Shown here in pieces: positions 1 through 8,956 of a stretch of DNA of 64,000 bases. The stretch covers positions 1 through 64,000 of IMG/VR virus record IMGVR_UViG_3300035193_000030; one strand, written 5' to 3'. Position 1 is the first letter of the stretch, and each line of letters opens with the position of its first letter. Origin of the DNA: a virus. The position numbers were made by a program, and so were the translations under genes. The notes beneath the pieces are model-generated. The model was not told the origin of the DNA. It saw nothing but the letters and a program-made list of their open reading frames with translations, and ran no database searches.

Positions 1-120
1 AGACCAAGACCCAGACCTAGACCCAGACCTAGACCAAGACCAAGACCCAGACCTAGACCAAGACCTAGACCAAGACCAAGACCTAGACCAAGACCAAGAC
101 CTAGACCTAGACCCAGACTT
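1..120. repeat. Tandem hexamer array AGACC(A/C/T), copy A
   Basis: About 20 hexamer units read directly, varying essentially at one position. Confidence 0.95.
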
Positions 121-147
121 AGTCCCTTCGTATAAAATTGTGATCAT
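1..147 (-). CDS. Ser-X low-complexity peptide, copy A (MITILYEGTK-SG-SR-SR-SW-SW-SR...), truncated by window edge
   Basis: ATG at 147-145, 6 nt after the primase stop; the 10-codon leader is identical to copy B, followed by TCT-(T/G/A)GG hexamers. Confidence 0.6.
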   Translation of the reverse strand, partial: MITILYEGTKSGSRSRSWSWSRSWSWSRSWSRSGSWSWSRSGSRSGSWS

Positions 148-153
148 TTTTTC

Positions 154-1053
154 TTATTTTAATTGTTTTATTAAATAATTAGCTTCATTTTGAGACATTG
201 ATGCAGGGTCATTTTTAATGGAAATTCTTAAACTGTCAATTCCTCTGAAACGTAATTCACTTATTAATTTATTTGCTTGTTCAATAGCTTGTGGATCATC
301 ATCAAATAGAACAAAAACCCTCTTAAATGTTTTTGCAATAAGTCTTAATTGCTGAGGGGTGTACTTAATACCGAATGTTGCAAATGAATCAAATCCCAAT
401 CTCCATACATCCGTAATTCCTTCTACACATATACCTACGTCTTTCCATTTTTCTTGCCGTCCGTAAACAATATGTTTATGTTTAATTATTTCCCTTGTTT
501 CAGGGCATGCTTTATAACGGGTATTACTTTTATTAGTAATATCCCTTCCTTGGAAAGAAACCTGTCTACCCTCCCAAAATATAGGTGCAATTATTCGGAA
601 TTTATAGTCTATTTTATCTAAGAAACTAATAACACCTGTTCCTACAAGATTCCATTCTTTTTCTAATTTGTCAGGATCAAAGTTTCTTTTTATTAAATAA
701 TTTTTGTGTTGTACAGTTAAAGGGGTTACATTACTAGGAAATTTATGAGATTTTATACGTATCTTTGTTTCTATTGAATTATTTTTATACGGTAAGTATA
801 TTTCATAACTTTTTAATAATTTAAAAATCTCCTTTAATTCTATATGCAATAATTTTGAGATTGTTTCACTGATTGGATGAAACCCACATCTCCAACAAAC
901 AAATAAATTATTTTTTATATTATATCCTAAATGGTATCCTGAATGACCTGAACAGAAAGGACATTCACAATTTACCCATCCTGGGCGGCAATGCTTATGC
1001 CCTTCTGTTTTGTATTGGATATTGTAATCAGTATAAATTCTAATAATATCCAT
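154..1053 (-). CDS. DNA primase (Zn finger + TOPRIM)
   Basis: CPFC...H...CWRC zinc-binding region, FQGR motif, CVEGITD and FDDD TOPRIM motifs. Confidence 0.85.
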   Translation of the reverse strand: MDIIRIYTDYNIQYKTEGHKHCRPGWVNCECPFCSGHSGYHLGYNIKNNLFVCWRCGFHPISETISKLLHIELKEIFKLLKSYEIYLPYKNNSIETKIRIKSHKFPSNVTPLTVQHKNYLIKRNFDPDKLEKEWNLVGTGVISFLDKIDYKFRIIAPIFWEGRQVSFQGRDITNKSNTRYKACPETREIIKHKHIVYGRQEKWKDVGICVEGITDVWRLGFDSFATFGIKYTPQQLRLIAKTFKRVFVLFDDDPQAIEQANKLISELRFRGIDSLRISIKNDPASMSQNEANYLIKQLK

Positions 1054-1065
1054 TTTTATATGTTT

Positions 1066-1266
1066 TTAGGAATATATAGACCCAGACCTAGACCTAGACC
1101 CAGACCAAGACCAAGACCTAGACCAAGACCTAAACCCAGACCCAGACCAAGACCCAGACCAAGACCCAGACCAAGACCAAGACCTAGACCAAGACCTAGA
1201 CCAAGACCAAGACCAAGACCTAGACCTAGACCCAGACTTAGTCCCTTCGTATAAAATTGTGATCAT
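1066..1266 (-). CDS. Ser-X low-complexity peptide, copy B, 66 aa (MITILYEGTK + 26 dipeptides + SIYS)
   Basis: ATG at 1266 overlaps the TGA of the upstream gene (ATGA coupling); frame is open through the hexamer array. Confidence 0.65.
   Translation of the reverse strand: MITILYEGTKSGSRSRSWSWSWSRSWSRSWSWSGSWSGSWSGSGFRSWSRSWSWSGSRSRSGSIYS
1078..1239. repeat. Tandem hexamer array AGACC(A/C/T), copy B
   Basis: About 27 units; unit order differs from copy A after the first five. Confidence 0.95.
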
Positions 1267-1604
1267 TTTTGTTTCTGATCTAAAGAATGCAACCAAGGCC
1301 CAAAATCGGTACAAGAAGGCAATATAACAAACCAATTTCCTAAAGGTTCAACTTCTTCTAACGTTCCTTCTTTTATTGCCTGAGTAAATCTTCCTGAATC
1401 AGCTACCCAACTTGCTTTTTCCAATTGTAAAACACCATACGGAAGAACTTTTACTACCTTCCCTATAACATGGTAGGTGACTGTGCGAAAAAAGAAAGAT
1501 TTTCCTACAAAATCCTGTAAAGAATTAATTTCTATTTGTTCTTCCTCTTTTAATTGTTCACGTATTTTTTCATACGTTTCTTCACTAACTTGAATTGTTT
1601 TCAT
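1263..1604 (-). CDS. Small beta-barrel (Sm/SH3-like) phage protein
   Basis: FFRTVTYHVIGKV...LEKASWVADSGRF alternating beta pattern; fold call is inference. Confidence 0.55.
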   Translation of the reverse strand: MKTIQVSEETYEKIREQLKEEEQIEINSLQDFVGKSFFFRTVTYHVIGKVVKVLPYGVLQLEKASWVADSGRFTQAIKEGTLEEVEPLGNWFVILPSCTDFGPWLHSLDQKQK

Positions 1605-1628
1605 AATATTAAAAATTAGGTTAAAAAA

Positions 1629-2072
1629 TCAATTTATTAAATTTAATTCATTAATGGGAGGAAACCTATGCTCCAAGATAGGATCATCAATATGTCTCCC
1701 TAGATTAAAAACTGTTTTGCAATCCTTATCTTTTATGATAAGCAAAACATAACGGCCTTTCCCTTTTTTCACAGAAATATACTTTATATCGATCAAAAGA
1801 TTATTTTTAACAACTTTTTTGTATAATTCTGTGATTAATTTTTCTGGTAATAATTGTACAAATCTTTTCAAAACGTATTTGTCAATTTTTGTTTGAAAAA
1901 AATCAACAATAGATTTACCTATTCTGTTAATAAATTGGGAAGATTTATTTTTTTGAACAGCGGTAATAATTATTTTATTTTCAAACATTTTCGACTTTAT
2001 TATGTCCTTCATCTTTTCCAAAGGAATAATTGTCTGTTTTCTAAATTTGTTACGAATTTCTTTTGTTTTCAT
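1629..2072 (-). CDS. hypothetical protein
   Basis: 147-aa ORF with the typical A/T leader (AAAATTATG), in operon orientation. Confidence 0.6.
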   Translation of the reverse strand: MKTKEIRNKFRKQTIIPLEKMKDIIKSKMFENKIIITAVQKNKSSQFINRIGKSIVDFFQTKIDKYVLKRFVQLLPEKLITELYKKVVKNNLLIDIKYISVKKGKGRYVLLIIKDKDCKTVFNLGRHIDDPILEHRFPPINELNLIN

Positions 2073-2103
2073 AATTTTAATTTTTAGTAAAAATCATATA
2101 TTA

Positions 2104-2952
2104 TTAATAAAAAAAAGATTTAAGTTCAGCAATACCCTTTTTTTCTTCCTCAATCATTTCGTTATAAAGATTAATATCAATAATATGTTCAACTGCATTT
2201 TCAGCCAGTCTTATTAATTCCTTTGGGGGAAGCGCATCAAGTTCCCAACTTGTTTTTCCATATTTTTCAATATACCATTTTGCCCGTGGGTCAGTTATTT
2301 TTGCAGGGTTTGGTGGGGGGTTAAATTCTCTAATTTGCTCCATTGTTAATGCAATAGGTTGCACATTTACATCAATCCCAAATTCATTTAATCTTTCTCT
2401 TACATCCCTAATCATGTCCATTCCGCTTGGATCGTGATCACCAAAATAAAGGATAACATCACCACTATTTAATCTATTGTAAGCATCGTACATCGCAGAA
2501 ACGGAGCTATAACCACGATTAACCATTAATCTAATATGAAATTTTTCAGAAACACGATATAGAACATTAGAAAGGGCATCCTTTTCAACCCATATTTCTA
2601 TTTTCCTATCTTGCCCTTTCATTCTATCAATTCGATATTGTTGTATTGTATCTTTAATAGCTTCTTTTACATCTTTTACCCAATAAGGTAGCTTTGGTAC
2701 TCTTACTCTATCTTCAATTGATGCCCAATCAACAATCCCAGCCATTCTGCCATTTTTGAGAATGTTAGATATTTTGCCGTATTCTTTATCATTATTTGGG
2801 ATAATATCACGGGAAACAAGCTGATAATATAGCTGTCTTAATGTCAATGTGTACCCGTCATTTACATACTCTTCAAGAATCTCATTAATTCTATTGAGCA
2901 TTTCTACGTTTGATTTCGATAATTTTAATTTATCAATAAATTTTTGTTTCAT
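2104..2952 (-). CDS. Topoisomerase VI subunit A / Spo11 / JetD-like winged-helix + TOPRIM protein
   Basis: TLRQLYY winged-helix tyrosine motif, WVEKDAL and FGDHDPSG TOPRIM motifs. Confidence 0.75.
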   Translation of the reverse strand: MKQKFIDKLKLSKSNVEMLNRINEILEEYVNDGYTLTLRQLYYQLVSRDIIPNNDKEYGKISNILKNGRMAGIVDWASIEDRVRVPKLPYWVKDVKEAIKDTIQQYRIDRMKGQDRKIEIWVEKDALSNVLYRVSEKFHIRLMVNRGYSSVSAMYDAYNRLNSGDVILYFGDHDPSGMDMIRDVRERLNEFGIDVNVQPIALTMEQIREFNPPPNPAKITDPRAKWYIEKYGKTSWELDALPPKELIRLAENAVEHIIDINLYNEMIEEEKKGIAELKSFFY

Positions 2953-3136
2953 AATTTTAATTTTTAAATTTACGTAATAAATCTTTAATTTTAAGTAATC
3001 CTTTTTTATTTAAATTTATCCCAAATATTTCTGGGCATGGCAGTCCTGCTTCAAATCCTTTTATGTTTCCTAACCGTTTAAAAGCATGAAGTCGCCTTTT
3101 TATTTCATATTCATTTTTACAAGGTGTGCTCATATT

Positions 3137-4765
3137 CTAATTTTTATATTGATTAATAAGTTCCATTATTAAAGATGAAGAATTTGTTTGTACCCCATCT
3201 AATACTAAGTCTAATATTTTTCTTTTTGAGTCCAATAATGAAGCAATTTTTTCTTCAATAGTTCCCATCGCCAGTAATTGGTATACAGTAACATTATCTT
3301 TTTGTCCAATTCGGTGACATCTGTCTTCTGCCTGTATTAATTCACCAGGGGTCCAGGGTAATTCAATAAATGCAACTTTATTTGCTGCGGTTAATGTTAT
3401 CCCTACACCTGCGGCACGAATATTTCCAACAAATAATTTTACATTTGGATTTCGTTGGAAACGATCTACCATTGCTTGTCTTTGTATCCCTATTATCGTT
3501 CCGTCAACCTTAGCAACTCTACCATAAAAATGTTTACAAAGGTTGTCAATAACAAATTTATGATTGGCAAACACTACTAATTTATTATCCTCTAAAATAT
3601 TTTCAATCCAATTTATTATCATTTTTAATTTACCCTTAATAGCTACCTGTTTTAAGCCTTCTATTTCGGTTAATATTTCTGCATTTGCCGCCCTTTGTGC
3701 GGTATCATTCCCTTTATATTGTTCTAGGTACTCTAAAAAATTATTTTCTGCTTGCTCATATTCCTTTCTATTATCCAATAAAATCGGGACAAAAGAATAT
3801 ATTTTCTCAGGTAATTCCTGCAATACATCTTTTTTTAACCTCCTTAGCATTATATTTTCAGAAAGAATTTTATAGAGTTCTTGTGTATTTGAAGCCCCAG
3901 ACATATCCCACCCAAATCCATTATGATAAGCATTACAAAATCTGTGAGCATATTGCATATAATTTGGGAATAATTTTTTATCTAGTATAGAAATGATATT
4001 GTAAAATTCTACGGGACAATTTAATATTGGTGTTCCTGATAATGCAATAATATGAGGAATTGTTTTACTAATTCTTTTAACCGTTTTTGTCCGCTTTGCA
4101 GAATTATTCTTTATATATTGGCATTCATCAATAATTAAGGCTTTTGGGTTTATCCGCAATAATTCATCTTTCCAATTATTTAAAATATCATAATTAATTA
4201 TTATGAAGTCAGATTGGGAACCCAATCTATACGGGTTTCCCCCTTCTAAGACATTTATGTTTCTGTAATCAATCCATTTAATAATTTCATTCCTCCAATT
4301 ATACTTTAATGAGGCTGGGCAGACAATTATTACAGGGCGTATTTCTTTATGTAATTGAAACCAACCTAATGATTGAACCGTCTTTCCCAACCCCATTTCA
4401 TCCCCAATTAAGCATCTCCCGTTTTTAATATCAATAAAATGAACCCCTTTTTTCTGATATGAAAATAATTGATTTTTCATTCCTGGAATATCTACTTCTG
4501 AAAGTTCTATTAATTTTTGTTTTGTTAATTTCCCTTTCTGAATCCGTTCATAGATAATCTGTAATTTTACATCAAATGAAAATTTATAATCATATAATTT
4601 CTCTATTGCTTCAATTGATAAAGGACAATGCCAAATCTTTTTTTCAACATTCCATTTTCTTCCAGGTAATGTCCGTACAAAATCTAAGGTATTTCTATTA
4701 AACGGGAATTTTATAATAATTATTCTTTCCCCTGATTTATAACGAGCAATTGAAGCAGATTTCAT
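3137..4765 (-). CDS. SNF2-family helicase (HARP/SMARCAL1-like)
   Basis: DEMGLGKT, DECQ, LSGTP, QAEDRCHRIGQ motifs. Confidence 0.9.
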   Translation of the reverse strand: MKSASIARYKSGERIIIIKFPFNRNTLDFVRTLPGRKWNVEKKIWHCPLSIEAIEKLYDYKFSFDVKLQIIYERIQKGKLTKQKLIELSEVDIPGMKNQLFSYQKKGVHFIDIKNGRCLIGDEMGLGKTVQSLGWFQLHKEIRPVIIVCPASLKYNWRNEIIKWIDYRNINVLEGGNPYRLGSQSDFIIINYDILNNWKDELLRINPKALIIDECQYIKNNSAKRTKTVKRISKTIPHIIALSGTPILNCPVEFYNIISILDKKLFPNYMQYAHRFCNAYHNGFGWDMSGASNTQELYKILSENIMLRRLKKDVLQELPEKIYSFVPILLDNRKEYEQAENNFLEYLEQYKGNDTAQRAANAEILTEIEGLKQVAIKGKLKMIINWIENILEDNKLVVFANHKFVIDNLCKHFYGRVAKVDGTIIGIQRQAMVDRFQRNPNVKLFVGNIRAAGVGITLTAANKVAFIELPWTPGELIQAEDRCHRIGQKDNVTVYQLLAMGTIEEKIASLLDSKRKILDLVLDGVQTNSSSLIMELINQYKN

Positions 4766-5136
4766 TTTTTTAAGCGAATTACTGTAATGTTTTCTTTCTT
4801 TTCTTTTCTCCTACGAATAACCTGCGGAAAATTATTTACATGGGTAGATGCTAGTTTTGAAAATTGATCTTTATACCTTGCTTTTTTTCTAAATAAGACT
4901 GAGAAAAATTCTTTATTTTCACTTTTTAAGAATGGGCGACCTTTTATGTTATTAGTACGTAAGAATAAATCTTTTACTGTTTCTTCTTTTACCGGGACAA
5001 CCCAATCTTTATCTTTCGTATGTGTCTCATAGAAAATAATTTTCTTTTCCATTAAACGAGCTTCTAGTATCAAATCGGAGATACTTAGGTAATTTTCGTA
5101 CCTCATATTCGGTTTTGCTTTTGCTAAGACTATCAT
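4762..5136 (-). CDS. hypothetical protein
   Basis: ORF overlapping the helicase start (ATGA). Confidence 0.6.
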   Translation of the reverse strand: MIVLAKAKPNMRYENYLSISDLILEARLMEKKIIFYETHTKDKDWVVPVKEETVKDLFLRTNNIKGRPFLKSENKEFFSVLFRKKARYKDQFSKLASTHVNNFPQVIRRRKEKKENITVIRLKK

Positions 5137-5275
5137 AATAATTTAATTAATTCGATTAATGATTGAAGGACTATTATTAGAAATAATAACCCTACACATG
5201 TAAAAAACAGCCAGCGTTTAAATAATTCTTTACCTGGCTGTTTTTTCATTTTTAAATCCATAGGTAAATAATCCA

Positions 5276-5512
5276 TCATTTCCTAATTATGTAAGGTAAT
5301 TCATTATCAGACTTTGAATCTGAAAAATATTCATCAATTTCTTTTTTGAGAATAGCCGAATGAACCCTTTTTTTGACAGAATTACTATGCAAACGAATAA
5401 CTTTCTTAGAATTGAATGTAAATCCATTCATGTCTAAGAATCGTTTTAACTTCTCCCCACTCATTGAAGGGGGGAGGTAGAGAGTGGTCTCACTAATTTT
5501 TATTTTTTCCAT
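5276..5512 (-). CDS. hypothetical protein
   Basis: 78-aa ORF with typical leader. Confidence 0.55.
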   Translation of the reverse strand: MEKIKISETTLYLPPSMSGEKLKRFLDMNGFTFNSKKVIRLHSNSVKKRVHSAILKKEIDEYFSDSKSDNELPYIIRK

Positions 5513-5540
5513 AATCGCTAAATTTAGAAATTTTTAATAC

Positions 5541-5565
5541 GGGTACTCTACTAAATAGAGTACCC
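5541..5565. terminator. Stem-loop GGGTACTCTA-ctaaa-TAGAGTACCC
   Basis: Perfect 10-bp intergenic stem downstream of 5597..6376. Confidence 0.5.
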
Positions 5566-5596
5566 CGCTTTGAGCTTAAATTCTATTTATACTCGC

Positions 5597-6376
5597 TCAA
5601 ACGAGTTTGTACTTCCCATTTGCAAATGTAATTACATTGAAAGCCACAAGGGCATCCAACATATATTTATTTACATTGGTAGCAGTAGGGTTACTCTTTC
5701 CCCCATTTTGTATATGAATTTCATTACTTTTATCCATTATTTCTTTAAAAGACCCCCCTTTTTTACAAACTAATTTAATGGCATTGGCGACTGAGTCTGA
5801 TCTTTTTATTGTTTTTTTGACTTCTCTTTTTACGGGTGCTTTTTTTGCAGGATATTTTTTACTTTCAGATTTTTTTACGGGTTTCACTTCTTCTTTCTCT
5901 TCTTGTTCTTCTTCCGTATCAGGGGAAAGTAAATCAAGCATTTTTTTACGAAGTTTTCCCAAATCTTTGTCTTTCAATAACCCAATACCTTTGCGAAGTG
6001 GCTTAAAAATATCACTTTCTTTTACAAGTTCTTTTAACTCAAGGATTGATTCTGCATCTTGAACCTCCTCAATTAAATCATACTCATCCTCATCCTCTTC
6101 AATAACTTCTTTGTTTAATTTTTTTGTTTTTGAAACGGGAATTTCATCTTCCTCATCATCTTCCTTTTCAATTAAAATTTCATCAAGGATGGATTGTGTT
6201 TCATCAGAAAATTCATCTTCTTCCTCAATGAAAGAAGCATATTTTTTGATAGAATCAATTAGTTCTTCCGCAGTTGCCTTTTTTGAAACCACCAAAGGTT
6301 CTTTTGTTTTTGCATCTACAAGATCAAGAACTTTAATCATCTCACTGTAAGCATTTTTTAAATCTTTTGTTTTCAT
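5597..6376 (-). CDS. Acidic hypothetical protein with possible C-terminal winged-helix-like domain
   Basis: 259-aa ORF with E/D-rich linkers; N-terminal domain paralogous to 6429..6662. Confidence 0.7.
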   Translation of the reverse strand: MKTKDLKNAYSEMIKVLDLVDAKTKEPLVVSKKATAEELIDSIKKYASFIEEEDEFSDETQSILDEILIEKEDDEEDEIPVSKTKKLNKEVIEEDEDEYDLIEEVQDAESILELKELVKESDIFKPLRKGIGLLKDKDLGKLRKKMLDLLSPDTEEEQEEKEEVKPVKKSESKKYPAKKAPVKREVKKTIKRSDSVANAIKLVCKKGGSFKEIMDKSNEIHIQNGGKSNPTATNVNKYMLDALVAFNVITFANGKYKLV

Positions 6377-6428
6377 AATATTAAAAATTTAATTGTTAAA
6401 ATAAAAAAAAGTTTATTATTTTTTTGTA

Positions 6429-6662
6429 TTATTTCTCAGAAAGCACAAGATCAATTATCTCTTGTGTTTCATCAGAAAATGTATCTCCTGGTTCTATAAG
6501 AACGGCCCATTTTTTAATGAGTGCTTTTAGGCTTTCGGAGTCACTTTGTCGGTAGGATGTCATAGGACTTTTTGTTTCCTTATCTACTAGCAGCATTGTA
6601 TATAACATTTCTAAGACTGCTAATTTTAGATCTTTTACTGTAATTTTTGTTTTTCTTTCCAT
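6429..6662 (-). CDS. hypothetical protein, paralog of the N-terminal domain of 5597..6376
   Basis: Shared KDLK...EM...LVD..TK.P...IKK.A..IE..D.FSDETQ.I.D pattern. Confidence 0.7.
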   Translation of the reverse strand: MERKTKITVKDLKLAVLEMLYTMLLVDKETKSPMTSYRQSDSESLKALIKKWAVLIEPGDTFSDETQEIIDLVLSEK

Positions 6663-6804
6663 AAATAAAAAAATTAATTATTAAATATTCCATAAATTTA
6701 CATTTTAATCTTCAAATAAAAAAATTTAATTTTAGGATTAAATTCAACGTCCATAGCTTTCTTAGCTATCTGAGTTGTTAACGGGTTTGTTTTTGGATTC
6801 ATTT

Positions 6805-7122
6805 TCAAAATGATATGTCTTTATAAGAACCAAACCCCAATAATTTAGCATCTGACCAATTATTCGTTGCCCCAAATTCAAAACCACACATTTCACTATA
6901 TTCTTTTCCTTTAAAATAAACTTTTCTTTTTCTAAAATCAGTGCCAACCTCATATTGTTTCTGTGAATAGAAAAATGCATGTGTTAATTCTTTTTTTGTA
7001 AAAATAAAATAAACCATTGCATATGTTTGCAAAAAATAGCACCTTAAAAATATTTTAAGTTTTGAATGATGGGAACTATTTAGGTAGTCCACTTTTTTAA
7101 ATTTAAAAATTTCTCTTTTCAT
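6805..7122 (-). CDS. hypothetical early protein
   Basis: 105-aa ORF in the early cluster. Confidence 0.5.
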   Translation of the reverse strand: MKREIFKFKKVDYLNSSHHSKLKIFLRCYFLQTYAMVYFIFTKKELTHAFFYSQKQYEVGTDFRKRKVYFKGKEYSEMCGFEFGATNNWSDAKLLGFGSYKDISF

Positions 7123-7148
7123 AAATATAAGTATTAGTTAAACATTTG

Positions 7149-7191
7149 AACCGTTCCCCGAATCGAACGGGGCAAAGTTCCAAAAACGGTT
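7149..7191 (-). ncRNA. tRNA-like minimal element (acceptor stem + T-arm, no anticodon arm)
   Basis: AACCGTT/AACGGTT 7-bp stem, CCCCG-TTCGATT-CGGGG T-arm, GG-containing linker. Confidence 0.65.
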
Positions 7192-7444
7192 ATAACATGT
7201 CATAATTACGAACACCTGTATAATTCTTTTTCAAAGAAAGGGTTTGCCGTACAACATGATTGTCTATGATACCTCTTGATATTTGAATTAATGTATAATG
7301 TGTCAAATCAGTTGAAAAAGTTACTTCAATATCTGGGTATTCTTTACCAAATGCTCTCTTGTATTTTACATTTTTTGCATCTGGTATACTATTAATGAAT
7401 TTAATAGCGTCATTTTTTACTTCTGCTCTAAATTTAAACATCAT
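7190..7444 (-). CDS. hypothetical early protein
   Basis: 84-aa ORF; stop codon overlaps the tRNA-like element. Confidence 0.65.
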   Translation of the reverse strand: MMFKFRAEVKNDAIKFINSIPDAKNVKYKRAFGKEYPDIEVTFSTDLTHYTLIQISRGIIDNHVVRQTLSLKKNYTGVRNYDML

Positions 7445-7636
7445 AATTTTAAAATATTTAATTAATAATTAAGTTATTCATAACATGGCGCCCAGATAGT
7501 ATCTACAGGGATAGTATCACCATTGTATACATTGTATTCGTAATATACGTTATCATAAGGCAGATTAAATGCTTTTTGATGATTAATTTTGTGGGCCAAC
7601 ATCCTGCCGTACATAGCAGGAAACGGCAGGGGTTAA

Positions 7637-7870
7637 TTAAAAGGAATCTGTCAATTCCTTAATTTCATCTAACAATTCTTTGTATTGCTGTTTTAATTCA
7701 ACCCACCTTCCTATATTTATTTGTCTTCCATATTGATTATATCCTCCATTTAAAACAGCAATGCATTCAAGTTCATGAATTATGTCATGTGTTTGCGTTG
7801 CATCTTCATGTTCAAATTTCATTACTGAAACATTTTTATTAACTGTTAATGATTTAAATTTTGTTTTCAT
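7637..7870 (-). CDS. hypothetical early protein
   Basis: 77-aa ORF, MKT start, A-rich leader. Confidence 0.6.
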   Translation of the reverse strand: MKTKFKSLTVNKNVSVMKFEHEDATQTHDIIHELECIAVLNGGYNQYGRQINIGRWVELKQQYKELLDEIKELTDSF

Positions 7871-7890
7871 TTTGCTATATTTTATTTTAA

Positions 7891-8133
7891 TTAATTTAAT
7901 TTAAAACATTCGATAGCTTCATCAATTGGGCAACCCATGTGTTTATCATCTTTTGGTTGCTGATGTTGATTATATTCATATTCATTATCTGAATAAATTT
8001 CGCTTAATGTTTTTATGTTAACATCCTTACAGGCATAAAGCGAACTCGTATCAGTAAACTTAACTACATATTTATAACCTTCTTTTTTTGCTTCGTTTAC
8101 TGAATCTGCTGTTTGACTAATTTCTTTTTTCAT
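7891..8133 (-). CDS. hypothetical early protein
   Basis: 80-aa ORF starting about 24 nt after the predicted hammerhead cleavage site. Confidence 0.6.
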   Translation of the reverse strand: MKKEISQTADSVNEAKKEGYKYVVKFTDTSSLYACKDVNIKTLSEIYSDNEYEYNQHQQPKDDKHMGCPIDEAIECFKLN

Positions 8134-8151
8134 AATGTATTATTTTAGTTT

Positions 8152-8201
8152 GACATAGACCTAATCGTAGGTTTCGATTATTAAAATCTCATCAGTATGC
8201 C
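8152..8201 (-). ncRNA. Type I hammerhead ribozyme (HH1)
   Basis: Minus strand GGCAUA-CUGAUGA-GAUU(uuaau)AAUC-GAAA-CCUA(cgau)UAGG-UC-UAUGUC: full core, three stems, GUC cleavage triplet. Confidence 0.9.
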
Positions 8202-8204
8202 TGA

Positions 8205-8240
8205 GAAAGGAGAAGGGGGGCACTCAAAGAGAATGCCCCC
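8205..8240 (-). terminator. Terminator-like hairpin immediately upstream of HH1
   Basis: GGGGGCATTC/GAGTGCCCCC stem followed by a pyrimidine tract. Confidence 0.5.
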
Positions 8241-8271
8241 AGAATAAACATACTCCCATGACCCATGAAGA

Positions 8272-8796
8272 TTAATTTATATCAGCTAATTGCTCTATTT
8301 CTTCTTCATTATATAATGAGCATAGATTTTTATATTCATTGCATACAGCAATGTATGTTTTTTCTGCTTTACGGGAATCTACATCATACCCAAATTCATT
8401 ACAAAAATCTTCAAACGACCCAACGTCGTATTTTTCCATACAAGCCAGAATGTCATAAAAAGATGGTGGCTTCGGGTAGTCTATTTTATCATTATTATTT
8501 ATTGTAAAATATTTATTGCCGAATAAATATTTCTTCAAAGTGCCATTTTCATGTAATAGTCCTTTCAATTCATTTCGTGTAAATTCTCTAGTTGCAATTT
8601 TGTATCTACTATTTGCAATAGAATTGCCAAATGTAAAAGAAAAAGAACGTAAACCCCTGGAAAGGGTAATATTATAAATATCTCTTTCTTCTTTGTCATC
8701 ATCAAAATATTTATCTGTTTTTAAATATTCTATTGTCATTTTTGAGTTTGTTTTTTTCAAAAATGATTTTGCTTTTAAATTATAATCAGTTTTCAT
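8272..8796 (-). CDS. Conserved-looking hypothetical early protein
   Basis: 174-aa ORF with P..YDILAC....D.GSFEDFC.EFGYD.DSRKA motif typical of phage early proteins. Confidence 0.75.
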   Translation of the reverse strand: MKTDYNLKAKSFLKKTNSKMTIEYLKTDKYFDDDKEERDIYNITLSRGLRSFSFTFGNSIANSRYKIATREFTRNELKGLLHENGTLKKYLFGNKYFTINNNDKIDYPKPPSFYDILACMEKYDVGSFEDFCNEFGYDVDSRKAEKTYIAVCNEYKNLCSLYNEEEIEQLADIN

Positions 8797-8827
8797 AATT
8801 TATAATTTTAGTTAAACATTAAATTAG

Positions 8828-8874
8828 CAGCTTATCAATGAATCGAACATCAATATAAAACACCAGTTAAGCTA
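8828..8874 (-). ncRNA. tRNA-like minimal element
   Basis: TAGCTTA/TAAGCTG stem, TTGATG-TTCGATT-CATTGA T-arm, ACTGGT D-loop-like linker. Confidence 0.55.
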
Positions 8875-8917
8875 AAAAACACCCTCTTACCTAACAAAAC
8901 GAAAGAAAAGAGGGTGT
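8874..8917 (-). terminator. Rho-independent terminator-like hairpin
   Basis: ACACCCTCTT/AAGAGGGTGT 10-bp stem followed by a U-tract on the minus strand. Confidence 0.55.
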
Positions 8918-8956
8918 GAAAGGTTCTTATAATTTTTTCAAATCCCAGCGGATTAA

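Noticed and set aside
1-1239. Hexamer arrays as CRISPR or DGR template/variable repeats
   Set aside because: No spacers or cas genes; no reverse transcriptase in the window; variation is in unit order, consistent with slippage rather than adenine-specific mutagenesis.
991-1254. Plus-strand poly-(Arg-Pro) ORF
   Set aside because: Antisense shadow of the hexamer array. The variable base is silent in this frame, but the ORF opposes the operon and overlaps the primase start, whereas the minus-strand frame has coupled starts in both copies. Not fully excluded.
7598-7632. CCTGCCGT/ACGGCAGG hairpin as another ribozyme
   Set aside because: A stem is present but I could not match a hammerhead, twister or HDV core.
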